The notes under the pieces are model-generated. The model had not been told where the DNA came from, made no database searches, and was given only the letters and a program-made list of their open reading frames with translations. The translations under genes were made by a program, and so were the position numbers. 64,000 nt of DNA from a virus: IMG/VR virus record IMGVR_UViG_3300009183_006007, positions 11,197 through 75,196 of that record, one strand, 5' to 3'. Of this stretch, positions 40,168 through 51,099 are shown in pieces. Every line of letters begins with the position of its first letter. Positions within the stretch are counted from its first letter, which is position 1.

Positions 40168-40887
40168 TTATGACCATTTTTTAACATCCTCAACTATTTC
40201 ATTGATGAAAATATCACTACCTGGTCCACTAGTCACAAAATAACTTGATGAGTGTAATCGGTGTTTATATTCTAAATTAGGAACAACTTCAAATTTTGAA
40301 CCATCTATATTCTTAAATAATAAATAAATAATATAATAAGCATCTGCGGCAAAAGGATCTTTAACTGGTTCTTCCTTTTCAATACATTCTAAATATGTTT
40401 CTTTATTAAAGAAGTAGTTACCAGTATTAAAAATACAATCCCAAATACTTCTACCAGCAGAAATATTATTTCTATAATCTTCTTTATGTAAGACACCTAT
40501 ATAGTTTTTATAGTTTAATATTGGTGAATCACATATAGCATGTGATGGACAATAGATAGTTTTAATATCTTTTTTGTCAATTATATTATCTATATAATCA
40601 GTGTCAATTATATTATCAGAATCTAATAGTATAATCCAATCATTACTTGATAAAGTAACAGCCTTTTTTTTATTTAAAAAAGCACCTAGATTACTATCAT
40701 TCCTATATAGTTTAATTTTTGGATTTTTAAGATTATCTATTCTATTTTTTAAATCATTGTATATGTCTATACTAGAGAAGTCATCTACTATAACTATCTC
40801 ATCTATTCTATCATCAGTTAGTACTTTATTAAAGCTCTCTATTACTAATTCTGATCTGTTATAGTTGGTTATCGAAAGTGTTATCAT
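40168..40887 (-). CDS. glycosyltransferase family 2
   Basis: ITNYNR, IVIVDDFS and ILLDSDN motifs. Confidence 0.88.
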   Translation of the reverse strand: MITLSITNYNRSELVIESFNKVLTDDRIDEIVIVDDFSSIDIYNDLKNRIDNLKNPKIKLYRNDSNLGAFLNKKKAVTLSSNDWIILLDSDNIIDTDYIDNIIDKKDIKTIYCPSHAICDSPILNYKNYIGVLHKEDYRNNISAGRSIWDCIFNTGNYFFNKETYLECIEKEEPVKDPFAADAYYIIYLLFKNIDGSKFEVVPNLEYKHRLHSSSYFVTSGPGSDIFINEIVEDVKKWS

Positions 40888-41809
40888 AATATTTTAATGT
40901 TTTTTTAATTCCATCTTCTATACAGAATTTGTATTCTATTTTACTTTCAGATACTCTATAGTACACCCCTTTTGGTTTATCATTCAAGACTTTTATCTCT
41001 GGGTTGTATCCATATATATTTGAAGCAATTTTAGCTAACTCTGAAAAGGATGTTGCTATTGAAGTTCCTATGTTTAATGATCTACCATCATTTATAGTGT
41101 ACATTGTATTATTAACATACTCAACAATATCATCAATATAAACAAAGTCTCTAATAGAATCACTCCATATTACCAAAGGATCTTCTTTATCTACTATTCT
41201 TTTTATTATAGCTGGGAAAGGATATGCTGTATTTTGGTCTTCACCATATCCTGAAAATGGCCTATAACTAATAACATTTAGACCAGTATTTTGATGAGCT
41301 ATTTTACAAAGATACTCACCTGTCATTTTAGCCCAACCATATGTTAAATCAGGCAATCCTATATTGTTATCATAATCCAATAATGATTCATTTAATTTAA
41401 TCTTCTCATCATTATCCATTTGATGTTTAACTGGATAAACAGCGCTTGATGAAAAGAAAACCAATCTATCTACTTTTTTATCAGAACACCATTTTATAAC
41501 ATGTGAGTCTATAATTAAATCAGTTGCTACATCGAGAGGACTTTCTTCAATTTTTGTTCTACCACCAACAATAGCTGCTAAGTGAATAACAATATCGTAT
41601 TTAGTCTCATCTACATTCAAGAATTCAATTATATCTTTTTCAATAAATTTAAAATCACATTTAAGTCTATCTTGCCATTGGTCTGGATATAAAGAACTTT
41701 CAGATGACATATTATCAACTCCTATTATTATATACTTATCAGAGAAAAATTTACAAAAGTGTCGACCAACAAATCCACAACACCCAGTTATTAACATTTT
41801 TTTATTCAT
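40859..41809 (-). CDS. NAD-dependent nucleotide-sugar epimerase/dehydratase
   Basis: TGCCGFVG, HLAA, SSSAVY and YGWAK motifs. Confidence 0.9.
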   Translation of the reverse strand: MNKKMLITGCCGFVGRHFCKFFSDKYIIIGVDNMSSESSLYPDQWQDRLKCDFKFIEKDIIEFLNVDETKYDIVIHLAAIVGGRTKIEESPLDVATDLIIDSHVIKWCSDKKVDRLVFFSSSAVYPVKHQMDNDEKIKLNESLLDYDNNIGLPDLTYGWAKMTGEYLCKIAHQNTGLNVISYRPFSGYGEDQNTAYPFPAIIKRIVDKEDPLVIWSDSIRDFVYIDDIVEYVNNTMYTINDGRSLNIGTSIATSFSELAKIASNIYGYNPEIKVLNDKPKGVYYRVSESKIEYKFCIEDGIKKTLKYYDNTFDNQL

Positions 41810-42704
41810 ATATTTTTTTAAATTTTTTAATAAAATTCTGAGCTAGTTGAAAATAAGTACCTTGTTTTTTTAAGTAATCATATCCATCTTGTTGAACCTT
41901 TGTAAATAAATCTAGATTATTTTTGTATAAATTTATATAGTGTTGAACATCTTCAAATGTAGATACATATTTTACTATTCCATTTGTACATTCTTCCGCT
42001 GATTTATTATCACTTAGAACAATACATCCGTAAGCCATTCCCTCAAATACTCTTTCTACAACACAAGAATTTTCAATATTAGGATCACTATGAAAACCTA
42101 AACAAACTCTACTATTTAAGTAAGCTTTTACTTTTTCTTCTTCTGATAAAAATACATCAGATGAGTTGCTATAATATTTAAAGCAGTTATTTAGAGAAGA
42201 TACCCAACTTGTTTTATATGGAGCACCAATAAAACAAGAATCATATGTTATATTCTTTTCTAATTTACCAATATCATCTGGATGAATAGAACTAGAAAAA
42301 ACAAAGGGTATCCATTCTTTACAATTCATTGAAAATTTATAAGCATCAATATGTTGTTGTGATGATCTTGGTTCATTTCTATAATATTCACCGGTTATTA
42401 AATATTTCTTAAATGGCATATTCTCTATCATTTTACTTTCAAAATTAAAATGCCAACATATAAAATATGCTTTGTCTAATTTTTTACCTATATCATAAAC
42501 CACATTAATATCACCCATTGTAATAAAATGATTTGATAACAGAAATATATTTTCATCACTGTTATATTGCTCAATATTATTCAAAGTAGTAAGTTCAATA
42601 AATTCATAACCATTTTGTTTAAAACCATTACAAAATTTAGTTGATGTATAATGATGACTACCAGGACAAGGAATTTCAGGAGTATTTAAATTTATTATTT
42701 TCAT
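41802..42704 (-). CDS. GT-B fold glycosyltransferase (CgeB-like)
   Basis: CFIG and ERVFEGMAYGCIVLSD motifs. Confidence 0.75.
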   Translation of the reverse strand: MKIINLNTPEIPCPGSHHYTSTKFCNGFKQNGYEFIELTTLNNIEQYNSDENIFLLSNHFITMGDINVVYDIGKKLDKAYFICWHFNFESKMIENMPFKKYLITGEYYRNEPRSSQQHIDAYKFSMNCKEWIPFVFSSSIHPDDIGKLEKNITYDSCFIGAPYKTSWVSSLNNCFKYYSNSSDVFLSEEEKVKAYLNSRVCLGFHSDPNIENSCVVERVFEGMAYGCIVLSDNKSAEECTNGIVKYVSTFEDVQHYINLYKNNLDLFTKVQQDGYDYLKKQGTYFQLAQNFIKKFKKIYE

Positions 42705-42706
42705 TT

Positions 42707-43336
42707 TTAAATATTTTTATTTATATAAAGAGCATCACCCCATTCAAATTCAGTCATTGATGTTTCAACTCTTTTGAATCCATAGTTTCCTAAATACTCA
42801 TCTATTTCATTTAATAAAGCACAATCTTTATAAAGTGTGTCTGTATTCACTTCAGTATAGATATATTTAAAGTTACTAATCGTATCACCAAACCCTTTTA
42901 TAGCCAACAATTCAGCTCCTTGTATATCAATATTAACGAAATCATATTTAGAAGTATCTATATTATTCTCTTTGAATAAAGTGTCAACTCTTTTTGACAT
43001 AACTTCTATTGTCTCAGTAACATAAATATGAGGATGATGTATTTTATGTTTATCCAATTCTAATATTGATGAGGATTGTCCATTATTTGTTACATTTAGA
43101 CTGAAAACTTGATTATCTGAATCAGAAATAGCATAGTTAAAAACCATCTCAGAATAGGATCCATCATTTATAAAGTCTATATTTTTATACACATTGGGAT
43201 TTGCTTCAATCCAAATTGTATTATTTAATCCTTGTGAGATATAATCCTCTCTTTCTTCCATTAAATGGGCACCAATATGGATTATACCTTTTGGTTTTCC
43301 ATATTTATTTACTATGTCATTAAATTTTATTAGCAT
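42707..43336 (-). CDS. FkbM-family methyltransferase
   Basis: HIGAH, IEANP and NIDIQGAEL motifs. Confidence 0.88.
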   Translation of the reverse strand: MLIKFNDIVNKYGKPKGIIHIGAHLMEEREDYISQGLNNTIWIEANPNVYKNIDFINDGSYSEMVFNYAISDSDNQVFSLNVTNNGQSSSILELDKHKIHHPHIYVTETIEVMSKRVDTLFKENNIDTSKYDFVNIDIQGAELLAIKGFGDTISNFKYIYTEVNTDTLYKDCALLNEIDEYLGNYGFKRVETSMTEFEWGDALYINKNI

Positions 43337-43339
43337 ATA

Positions 43340-43984
43340 TTATAATATTTTTCTTAAATCAAATTTTTTTGTATTAAAATTACTATTACTATGTAATCTA
43401 TGTAATACTAGTTCCGAAGGAACATTTATAAACTTTTTACCTTTTCTCATTAGTCTTAACCAGAAATCATAATCTTCAGGATCAATATCTCTCCACCCAT
43501 TTATATCTAAGGCATCTTGTTTTTTAAATACGACACTACTATTAGCTATCTGATTAAGACCTTTCATTGAAAGATGTTCTATTTGAGTTGGATGAGTTGA
43601 TAGATTTGGTCTACCAATTATATTACCCTCCTCATTAATATAAGATATTAGTGTTCCAACAACATCATATTTATCAAAATATGGAATCTGACTTTCCAAT
43701 TTATTAGACAACCAAATATCATCATCATCTTGAATTGCTACCCAATCATACTTAGCCTCTTCAATCATTTTATTTAGTGTCTTGTATTTACCTTTATCAT
43801 CACCAAAATCAAAAACTCTTATTCTCGGATCATTATACCTATAAACAATTCCTTTTGAACTATCTGTAGTTCCATTAAATCCAATTAATAATTCAAAATC
43901 TTTAAATGATTGGTTTAAAACAGATTCAATTGCTAGTGAAATATATTTCTCACCATTATAGGTCGCTAGTAGTATTGATATCAT
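43340..43984 (-). CDS. glycosyltransferase family 2
   Basis: ILLATYNGEKY, QDDDDIW and EDYDFW motifs. Confidence 0.9.
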   Translation of the reverse strand: MISILLATYNGEKYISLAIESVLNQSFKDFELLIGFNGTTDSSKGIVYRYNDPRIRVFDFGDDKGKYKTLNKMIEEAKYDWVAIQDDDDIWLSNKLESQIPYFDKYDVVGTLISYINEEGNIIGRPNLSTHPTQIEHLSMKGLNQIANSSVVFKKQDALDINGWRDIDPEDYDFWLRLMRKGKKFINVPSELVLHRLHSNSNFNTKKFDLRKIL

Positions 43985-44580
43985 TTACTTTTTATTTTTA
44001 TCATAGCTTCTTCCCAAATAGAAGAATTATTCCAATCTCCTTTTTCTTCTGGAAAACAAGTTATTATTTCATCACTCTCAAAATAAACACCAGGTCCAGC
44101 AACAATATATTTTATATTTTCTTTATTGAATTTACTTTTGGTGATATTTTTAAATTTTTCTATATTTCCTATAGACCCTCTATATAATACAATTAAATCC
44201 GTCTCACTTTTTAATATATCAATAAATCGATTTATTCTTCTATTATATTTTTCCAGATTCATTTCAATGTAATCTTCCCAATTATCGTTAATTACTTTTT
44301 CACCAAACACACCAGTGCCTATATTTTCAAAATCGATTACTTCACTATTGGGATAATCATGTGGATACTCAAAACCATAGTGGTCTATAACTCTTGTTTT
44401 CGAAGAATTCAATCTTAAATTTTTATGAAAGTTAATGAAGTCCTCAGATATACAATCTACTATTCTACTCAAATCACTAACCATCCAATCAAATGGTAGT
44501 GATTTTGTTCTTAAATTCATATTTTTTAGTGCGGAAGATGTTGAACAGTCATTTCCTAATGTTATATAATTATAATCCAT
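43981..44580 (-). CDS. DUF1796 papain-like protein
   Basis: LGNDC, LPFDW, PHD and YNRRINRF motifs. Confidence 0.75.
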   Translation of the reverse strand: MDYNYITLGNDCSTSSALKNMNLRTKSLPFDWMVSDLSRIVDCISEDFINFHKNLRLNSSKTRVIDHYGFEYPHDYPNSEVIDFENIGTGVFGEKVINDNWEDYIEMNLEKYNRRINRFIDILKSETDLIVLYRGSIGNIEKFKNITKSKFNKENIKYIVAGPGVYFESDEIITCFPEEKGDWNNSSIWEEAMIKIKSK

Positions 44581-44581
44581 A

Positions 44582-45271
44582 TTATTCTTCTAATCTTATT
44601 TCTGAGTGATTTTTATCCAACGCTAATAGTCTTCTACCAAATGGACAATCAATCCACCATTCAATACAACAATAAGACGGATCTAAAATTTTAGTTGGTT
44701 TATTATCAATCATATATCTATTTAAATGACTTTCATCATGCCAAATAGCAATTAAATCCTTTGAGTAGTCTATGTCAATATTATTTGATATATGACTAGC
44801 CATTTTTAAGTATTCATTAGAAGTTCCTCCATTAAATCCACCAGCAAAATATTGCATTTCTTCGTGGTCATAAACACAAGCTAGTGATAAAGGATTAGTT
44901 TCTGGTGTTCCTCTTCTGTCGTAATAACCAGGATGTTGTGTAGCAACTCTTTCACTTAAGATTTCATTTCCGACATACCCTACAAATCTCATATCAGCAT
45001 CACAATAATATAAATAATCCATTTCTGATAATTTATCTGAACTCTCGGTAAATATCTTATATCTACCTAAAGTCATCCAAGGCCATTCTTTATGATTGAC
45101 ATCTATTTTAACAATATTTCTACTTGATTGTATATCAATATCTTTATTTGTAAAAATAAAATATGTAACTTCACAATCCTTTAAGAAGAATTCATCAGCA
45201 CTTGATATAAGTGGTTGTAGAAATCGAGTATATTTATTTGTTGCTATTACTAGCAGTCCTACTTTTTTCAT
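44582..45271 (-). CDS. glycosyltransferase family 6 (ABO-like alpha-1,3-Gal/GalNAc transferase)
   Basis: IATNKY, WPWMTLGRY, DADM, HPGY, YFAGGFNGG and WHDESHLNRY motifs. Confidence 0.92.
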   Translation of the reverse strand: MKKVGLLVIATNKYTRFLQPLISSADEFFLKDCEVTYFIFTNKDIDIQSSRNIVKIDVNHKEWPWMTLGRYKIFTESSDKLSEMDYLYYCDADMRFVGYVGNEILSERVATQHPGYYDRRGTPETNPLSLACVYDHEEMQYFAGGFNGGTSNEYLKMASHISNNIDIDYSKDLIAIWHDESHLNRYMIDNKPTKILDPSYCCIEWWIDCPFGRRLLALDKNHSEIRLEE

Positions 45272-46191
45272 TTAAAAACTTTATTACATTTTATACAAAA
45301 TACAGACTTTTGTTTTACAATTACAGAATCTATAACTTTTGTTTTAATAGTTATAGATAATTCACCACCACATTTACAAATCTGAACTTGTGGTACATGT
45401 TCTAATATCTTATCAATAGTTTTGGTGGCTTCTTTAGTTTTGATGGCTTCTTCATCAGATAAAATTTTATCAATAAACTCTTTACTTAATCCTAAATTAG
45501 AAAGCATATTTTTATCACTCTCTAATGCTATCTTAATATCTTCTATTTTTCTTGATTTTGTTGTTATTTGCTCACTATGTATTCTATAAAATAATAAAAA
45601 ATCTTCACATATATAAAATTTAAATTTACCAGAAGTTCTTTTCCATAATTCCCAATCTTCTTTAGGTATTTCACTTGGAATATATTTGTTCTTATTAATG
45701 AAATTCCTACTATAACAAACAGATGGATGTCCAATTATATTATCAAATTCTAACTTTTCTGAAATGTTTTCACCGTTATATTTAAATTCATCTTGACCCC
45801 CCCATCCATTAAATTTAATATCACCAATATATTTAAAATTAGAACTAACTATATCATATCCCTCTTTAATTTTAACTAATTGTATATCAAACCTATTTAA
45901 ATCATAACAATCATCTAAGTTAATATTGAATACGCAATCTATATCATCTTCGATACATTTATCAAATAAATAATTCATAGCTTCTGCATGATTTTCTAAA
46001 TTCTCTGAGAAAAATTTATAATTACTCCCAAAGTGATTTGAGAAGTTAAAATCATCACCACCATAATTCAAATCATATACAAAATAGTCTTTGTAAGTTT
46101 GATTAACTATCGATTGAATACACTCTTCAATCCATTCGGACTTATAGATTTTATTTATATTTTTATGATATAGTATTACAGCGGATTTCAT
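45268..46191 (-). CDS. glycosyltransferase family 2 with C-terminal zinc ribbon
   Basis: NLDD, HPSV and EDWELW motifs; CKCGG...CIKC tail. Confidence 0.8.
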   Translation of the reverse strand: MKSAVILYHKNINKIYKSEWIEECIQSIVNQTYKDYFVYDLNYGGDDFNFSNHFGSNYKFFSENLENHAEAMNYLFDKCIEDDIDCVFNINLDDCYDLNRFDIQLVKIKEGYDIVSSNFKYIGDIKFNGWGGQDEFKYNGENISEKLEFDNIIGHPSVCYSRNFINKNKYIPSEIPKEDWELWKRTSGKFKFYICEDFLLFYRIHSEQITTKSRKIEDIKIALESDKNMLSNLGLSKEFIDKILSDEEAIKTKEATKTIDKILEHVPQVQICKCGGELSITIKTKVIDSVIVKQKSVFCIKCNKVFK

Positions 46192-46919
46192 TGTTTTACA
46201 CTAAATTTTGGTTTTGCAAAAATCTCATCAGCGACAGATTTTTGTAGTGTTGGATCAACAAAGTGATCGTTTTGTTGATGTATTCTATAATAGTAGACCG
46301 GATCAGGATTAAACTTAACTCTTTCAAATCCAGCAATCTCCATTAGTGGTGTCATTATAGCAACATCGTAAGTTATTGTATAGAAATTACCATCTTTATC
46401 TTTATAACAAGATAACTCAGGATCTTGATTCATTAATTCCTTATAGAGTTTGTATTTGAATGTTCTTATATGAGAGGCCCAATATCCACCAGTTCTTAAT
46501 TTCTCAAAGCTTTCTTTTGTGTATGCAATGCAGTGACCAGGTTGACCATTTGGTAAAATATACTGACCATAAGTTAAAAGAGTCTCATCTTGATAAAGAT
46601 TGTTAATTATATCTACTGCATCTTTTCTAATTAGAAAATCATCACCATCTAACAAACAGATGATATCTTCATCTTCTAAATTAGATTCAACTATTCCAAA
46701 GTGAATATTAGGAAGAGCTGTTATTCTTTTTTCATTTCTTCTAATAATAAATCTATCATCTTTCGGTATTCTACTTATAGTACCATCATTTGACTCATCA
46801 TCACAAAAGATTGCAATCCAGTTTTTATTATCTTGTTTAAGAAGTGTATCAGCACATTGTGATATAAAATCTTTAACATTTCTAAATGGAATTATAAATA
46901 CGAATCTATTGTTTTTCAT
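46188..46919 (-). CDS. glycosyltransferase family 2
   Basis: IIPFRN, DDESNDGT and LDGDDFL motifs. Confidence 0.88.
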   Translation of the reverse strand: MKNNRFVFIIPFRNVKDFISQCADTLLKQDNKNWIAIFCDDESNDGTISRIPKDDRFIIRRNEKRITALPNIHFGIVESNLEDEDIICLLDGDDFLIRKDAVDIINNLYQDETLLTYGQYILPNGQPGHCIAYTKESFEKLRTGGYWASHIRTFKYKLYKELMNQDPELSCYKDKDGNFYTITYDVAIMTPLMEIAGFERVKFNPDPVYYYRIHQQNDHFVDPTLQKSVADEIFAKPKFSVKQ

Positions 46920-46926
46920 TGGTTTT

Positions 46927-48909
46927 TTATATATTTTTTATATCACTCTCCATCATGATTTTTACCAATTCATTAAACTTAACTTTTGGTTTCCATCCTA
47001 ATTCCTTTCTGGCTTTAGAAGAGTCTCCTAAAAGAATATCTACTTCTGCTGGTCGATAATATCTACTATCAATCTCTACAAGTACTATTCCTTCTTTAGT
47101 AATACCTTTCTCTGACTCTCCTTCACCAACCCAGATAATATCCCATCCACATTCTTTTCCAGCTAATTCTATAAACTCTTTAATTGAATGTGTTTCATTT
47201 GTTGAAAGAACATAATCATCTGGTTTGTCTTGTTGCATCATTAACCACATACCATAAACATAATCTTTAGCATATCCCCAATCTCTTTTAGAATAAAGAT
47301 TTCCTAATTTAAGAGTTTCAAAATTGGTATACTCTGCATCAAGATTAAGTTTTATTTTAGAAAAGGCTTTTGTTATTTTACGAGTAACAAATGTCTCACC
47401 TCTTCTTTCACCTTCGTGGTTAAAAAGTATTCCGTTACAAACAAACATATTATAAGATTCTCTATAATTCTTTGATATCCAAAGACCATACATCTTAGCA
47501 CAACCATAAGGACTTCTAGGGTGCATTTTAGACTCTTCAGTATATCCCGTTTCAGGCATGTTTTCAGCGATACCTCCATATAACTCTGAGGTAGAAGCTT
47601 GATAAACTTTACAACTTGGACAATGATTTTTAACAGCCTCTAAAATAACTAAAGTTCCTAATCCATCAACTTGACCAGTATAATATGGAATTTCAAAGGA
47701 AACTCTTACATGTGATTGAGCTGCTAAATTATAAATTTCATCAGGTTGTATTTCATTTATAATATTTGAAATAACTAATGGGTCGGTAAGATCACCATAG
47801 TGTAGTTTTAATTTATCAAAAATGTGGTCTATTCTATCAGTATTAAAAGTTGATGTTCTTCTTATGATACCGTGTACTTCATAACCCTTATCTAAGAGTA
47901 ATTCAGCTAAATGACTACCGTCCATTCCTGTAATACCTGTAATCAAAGCTATTTTTTTACTTAAATTCATTTTTTCATTTGATTTTTTCAAATTAACATA
48001 ATCATTATATGTCTTTTCTATTCCATCTTTCAAAGATGTTTTATATTCCCAGCCAAGACCTTTCAACTTAGAAACATCTAAAAGTTTTCTTGGTGTACCA
48101 TCTGGCATTTCAGTATTGAAGTAAATATCTCCTTCAAAGCCAACTATATTTTTAATACCAACTGCAAGTTCAGCAATTGTAACATCTTGACCAGTTCCAA
48201 TATTTACTATTTCAGAGTCATTATAATTTAACATAAGGTGATGACAAGCATCAGCCAAGTCATCAACGTAAAGAAACTCTCTTTTAGGTGTTCCTGTTCC
48301 CCAGATTTCAACCTTGTCTTTTCCTTCTAACTTAGCTTCGTGAAATTTACGAATCATTGCTGGTAAAACATGAGAGTTATTCAAATCATAATTATCATTT
48401 GGACCATAAAGATTTGTAGGCATTACAGAGATAAAGTTAGTACCATATTGTTGATTAAATGATTGACACATTTTAATACCAGCAATCTTAGCAATAGCAT
48501 AAGCATCATTTGTTGGTTCTAATAAACCAGTTAATAAATATTCTTCTTTAATTGGTTGTTCTGAAAACTTAGGATAAATACAAGATGATCCTAAGAATAG
48601 TAATTTTTTAACATTGTAATCTTTTGAGCTTTTGATAATATTTGATTGAATCATAAGATTTTCATAAATAAAATCTCCTTTCATTTCGTTGTTGGCTTTT
48701 ATACCACCTACTTTAGCGGCACAAAGAAAAACATATTCAGGTTTTTCAGATGAAAAAAATGATTGAACGTCTGTCTGATTTAATAGATTTAATTCTTTTC
48801 TAGATGTTGTTATAATATTTTTATAACCTAACTCTTTAAGTTTTCTAACTATTGATGATCCAACCATACCGTTATGACCAGCAACATATATTTTCGATTC
48901 TAAATTCAT
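46927..48909 (-). CDS. fused GDP-L-fucose synthase (Fcl) / GDP-mannose 4,6-dehydratase (Gmd)
   Basis: N half: [29 protein letters not shown] half: [35 protein letters not shown]. Confidence 0.93.
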   Translation of the reverse strand: MNLESKIYVAGHNGMVGSSIVRKLKELGYKNIITTSRKELNLLNQTDVQSFFSSEKPEYVFLCAAKVGGIKANNEMKGDFIYENLMIQSNIIKSSKDYNVKKLLFLGSSCIYPKFSEQPIKEEYLLTGLLEPTNDAYAIAKIAGIKMCQSFNQQYGTNFISVMPTNLYGPNDNYDLNNSHVLPAMIRKFHEAKLEGKDKVEIWGTGTPKREFLYVDDLADACHHLMLNYNDSEIVNIGTGQDVTIAELAVGIKNIVGFEGDIYFNTEMPDGTPRKLLDVSKLKGLGWEYKTSLKDGIEKTYNDYVNLKKSNEKMNLSKKIALITGITGMDGSHLAELLLDKGYEVHGIIRRTSTFNTDRIDHIFDKLKLHYGDLTDPLVISNIINEIQPDEIYNLAAQSHVRVSFEIPYYTGQVDGLGTLVILEAVKNHCPSCKVYQASTSELYGGIAENMPETGYTEESKMHPRSPYGCAKMYGLWISKNYRESYNMFVCNGILFNHEGERRGETFVTRKITKAFSKIKLNLDAEYTNFETLKLGNLYSKRDWGYAKDYVYGMWLMMQQDKPDDYVLSTNETHSIKEFIELAGKECGWDIIWVGEGESEKGITKEGIVLVEIDSRYYRPAEVDILLGDSSKARKELGWKPKVKFNELVKIMMESDIKNI

Positions 48910-48920
48910 ATTTATTATAT

Positions 48921-48956
48921 AAAAAAAAAGAGAGAAGTTAACCTTCTCTCTTTTTT
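48921..48956 (-). terminator. terminator after clpC
   Basis: A9-GAGAGAAG-TTAAC-CTTCTCTC-T6. Confidence 0.8.
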
Positions 48957-48958
48957 AA

Positions 48959-51088
48959 TTACTCAGAATCTTTCTTTTTTCTTGTAGCTTTCTTCTTTGG
49001 TGGAGAAGTAATTACAACAAACATATTATCATCTTCTTTGTTATAATCCAATAATAATTTAGAATTTTTCTCAGGATTCTGTTGAATGATTTCCTCTGTT
49101 AGAACATCTTCAACATATTTCTGAATAGCTCTCTTCAAAGGTCTTGCTCCATATTCTGGATCAAACCCTTGAGTAGCGATATATTCAGATGCTCCTTCTG
49201 TGATTTCTAATTCAAATTCCATCTTTTTAACTCTTTCTACCAAGCCACCCAACTCAATATCAATGATTTTGTTGATATCTTCTTTGTTTAAAGAGTTAAA
49301 CATTACAACATCATCAATACGATTTAAGAACTCAGGTGCAAATTTCTTCTTCAATTCTTTTTCAATTACTGAATTAGTTTCTTCGGTTGATTTGCTTTCT
49401 TTATTCTTAGTAGAGAATCCAACACCTGTTCCGAATTCTTTCAACTGACGTGAACCAGTATTAGAAGTCATAATGATAATTGTATTCTTAAAGTTTACTT
49501 TTCTACCAAGTGAATCTGTTAACTGACCATCATCAAGTACTTGAAGTAACAAGTTGAATACTTCTGGATGAGCTTTCTCAATCTCATCTAAAAGAATTAC
49601 TGAGTAAGGTTTACGTCTAACTTTTTCAGTTAACTGACCACCTTCATCGTGTCCAACATATCCTGGAGGAGCTCCAATCAAACGAGATACTGCGAATTTC
49701 TCCATATATTCAGACATATCAATTCTAATTAAAGAATCTTCTGACTCGAATAAGTATCTAGCAAGAATCTTAGCCAATTGAGTTTTACCAACTCCTGTAG
49801 GTCCCAAGAACATAAATGAACCAATTGGTTTACTTGGATCTTTCAAACCAACACGACCTCTTTGAATAGCTTTTACAATCTTCTTAACAGCTTCATCTTG
49901 ACCAATAACTTTACCAATGATACTTTCTTGCATTTTGGCTAATTTACTAGTTTCGTTTAGAGATACTTTTTGAAGAGGAATGCCAGTCATCATCGAAACA
50001 ACTTCAGCAACATTATCTTCTGTAACCGTTTGTTTGTTGTTAGAACATTCTTCTTCCCATTTCTTTCTCTCTTTTTCCAAAGACTCGTTAAGTTGTCTTT
50101 CAACGTCTCTTAACTTAGCAGCTTCTTCATATTTCTGAGAACGAATAACTCCATTTTTCTTTTCTTTAATCTCAACTATCTTATTTTCAATATCAGTGAT
50201 TTCTTTCGGAACAACGATATTAGAAATGTGAACACGAGATCCAGCTTCGTCTAAAGCATCAATAGCCTTGTCTGGTAAGAATCTATCAGCAACATATCTG
50301 TCAGTTAAGTCAACACAAGCCTTGATAGCTTCTTCTGTGTAAATCACATTATGGTGTGATTCATACTTATCTTTAATGTTGTTGATAATTTGGAATGTTT
50401 CATCTGGTGATGCAGGTTCAACAATAACTTTTTGAAAACGTCTTTCCAAAGCTCCATCCTTTTCAATATGCTTACGATATTCATCTAAAGTAGTAGCACC
50501 AATGATTTGGATTTCTCCACGAGCTAAAGCCGGTTTGAACATATTAGAAGCATCTAAAGATCCTGAAGCACCACCTGCACCGATAATTGTATGAATTTCA
50601 TCGATGAAAAGTATCACATCTGGTTCTTTTTCAAGTTCAGCCATTAAAGCTTTAATTCTTTCTTCAAATTGACCACGATATTTAGTTCCAGCAACCATAG
50701 AAGCCAAATCCAACATAACGATTCTTTTATTAAAAAGAATTCTACTAACTTTTCTTTGAATGATTCTCAATGCTAATCCTTCAGCGATTGAAGATTTACC
50801 AACACCAGGTTCACCAATTAAAATAGGGTTATTCTTTTTTCTACGAGATAGAATTTGAGATACTCTTTCGATTTCTTTTTCTCTACCTACGATAGGGTCA
50901 AGACGACCTTCTTCCCCCATTTTGGTTAAGTCTCGACTATAAGTGTCTAAAACCGGAGTTTTAGATTTAGAATCAGACTTTTTAGAAGAACCAAAAGATG
51001 AATCATCTTCATCATCTTCAATAGCGGATCTAATATCAGGTATTGTGTAATTTCCCTCTTCAATTTTTTTATTATCCATAGTATTCAT
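48959..51088 (-). CDS. clpC: ClpC-type AAA+ chaperone lacking the N-terminal Clp-repeat domain
   Basis: GEPGVGKS and GPTGVGKT Walker A motifs, UVR-like YEEAAKLRD middle domain, VGF ClpP-binding loop. Confidence 0.9.
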   Translation of the reverse strand: MNTMDNKKIEEGNYTIPDIRSAIEDDEDDSSFGSSKKSDSKSKTPVLDTYSRDLTKMGEEGRLDPIVGREKEIERVSQILSRRKKNNPILIGEPGVGKSSIAEGLALRIIQRKVSRILFNKRIVMLDLASMVAGTKYRGQFEERIKALMAELEKEPDVILFIDEIHTIIGAGGASGSLDASNMFKPALARGEIQIIGATTLDEYRKHIEKDGALERRFQKVIVEPASPDETFQIINNIKDKYESHHNVIYTEEAIKACVDLTDRYVADRFLPDKAIDALDEAGSRVHISNIVVPKEITDIENKIVEIKEKKNGVIRSQKYEEAAKLRDVERQLNESLEKERKKWEEECSNNKQTVTEDNVAEVVSMMTGIPLQKVSLNETSKLAKMQESIIGKVIGQDEAVKKIVKAIQRGRVGLKDPSKPIGSFMFLGPTGVGKTQLAKILARYLFESEDSLIRIDMSEYMEKFAVSRLIGAPPGYVGHDEGGQLTEKVRRKPYSVILLDEIEKAHPEVFNLLLQVLDDGQLTDSLGRKVNFKNTIIIMTSNTGSRQLKEFGTGVGFSTKNKESKSTEETNSVIEKELKKKFAPEFLNRIDDVVMFNSLNKEDINKIIDIELGGLVERVKKMEFELEITEGASEYIATQGFDPEYGARPLKRAIQKYVEDVLTEEIIQQNPEKNSKLLLDYNKEDDNMFVVITSPPKKKATRKKKDSE

Positions 51089-51099
51089 TATTTTATTAT

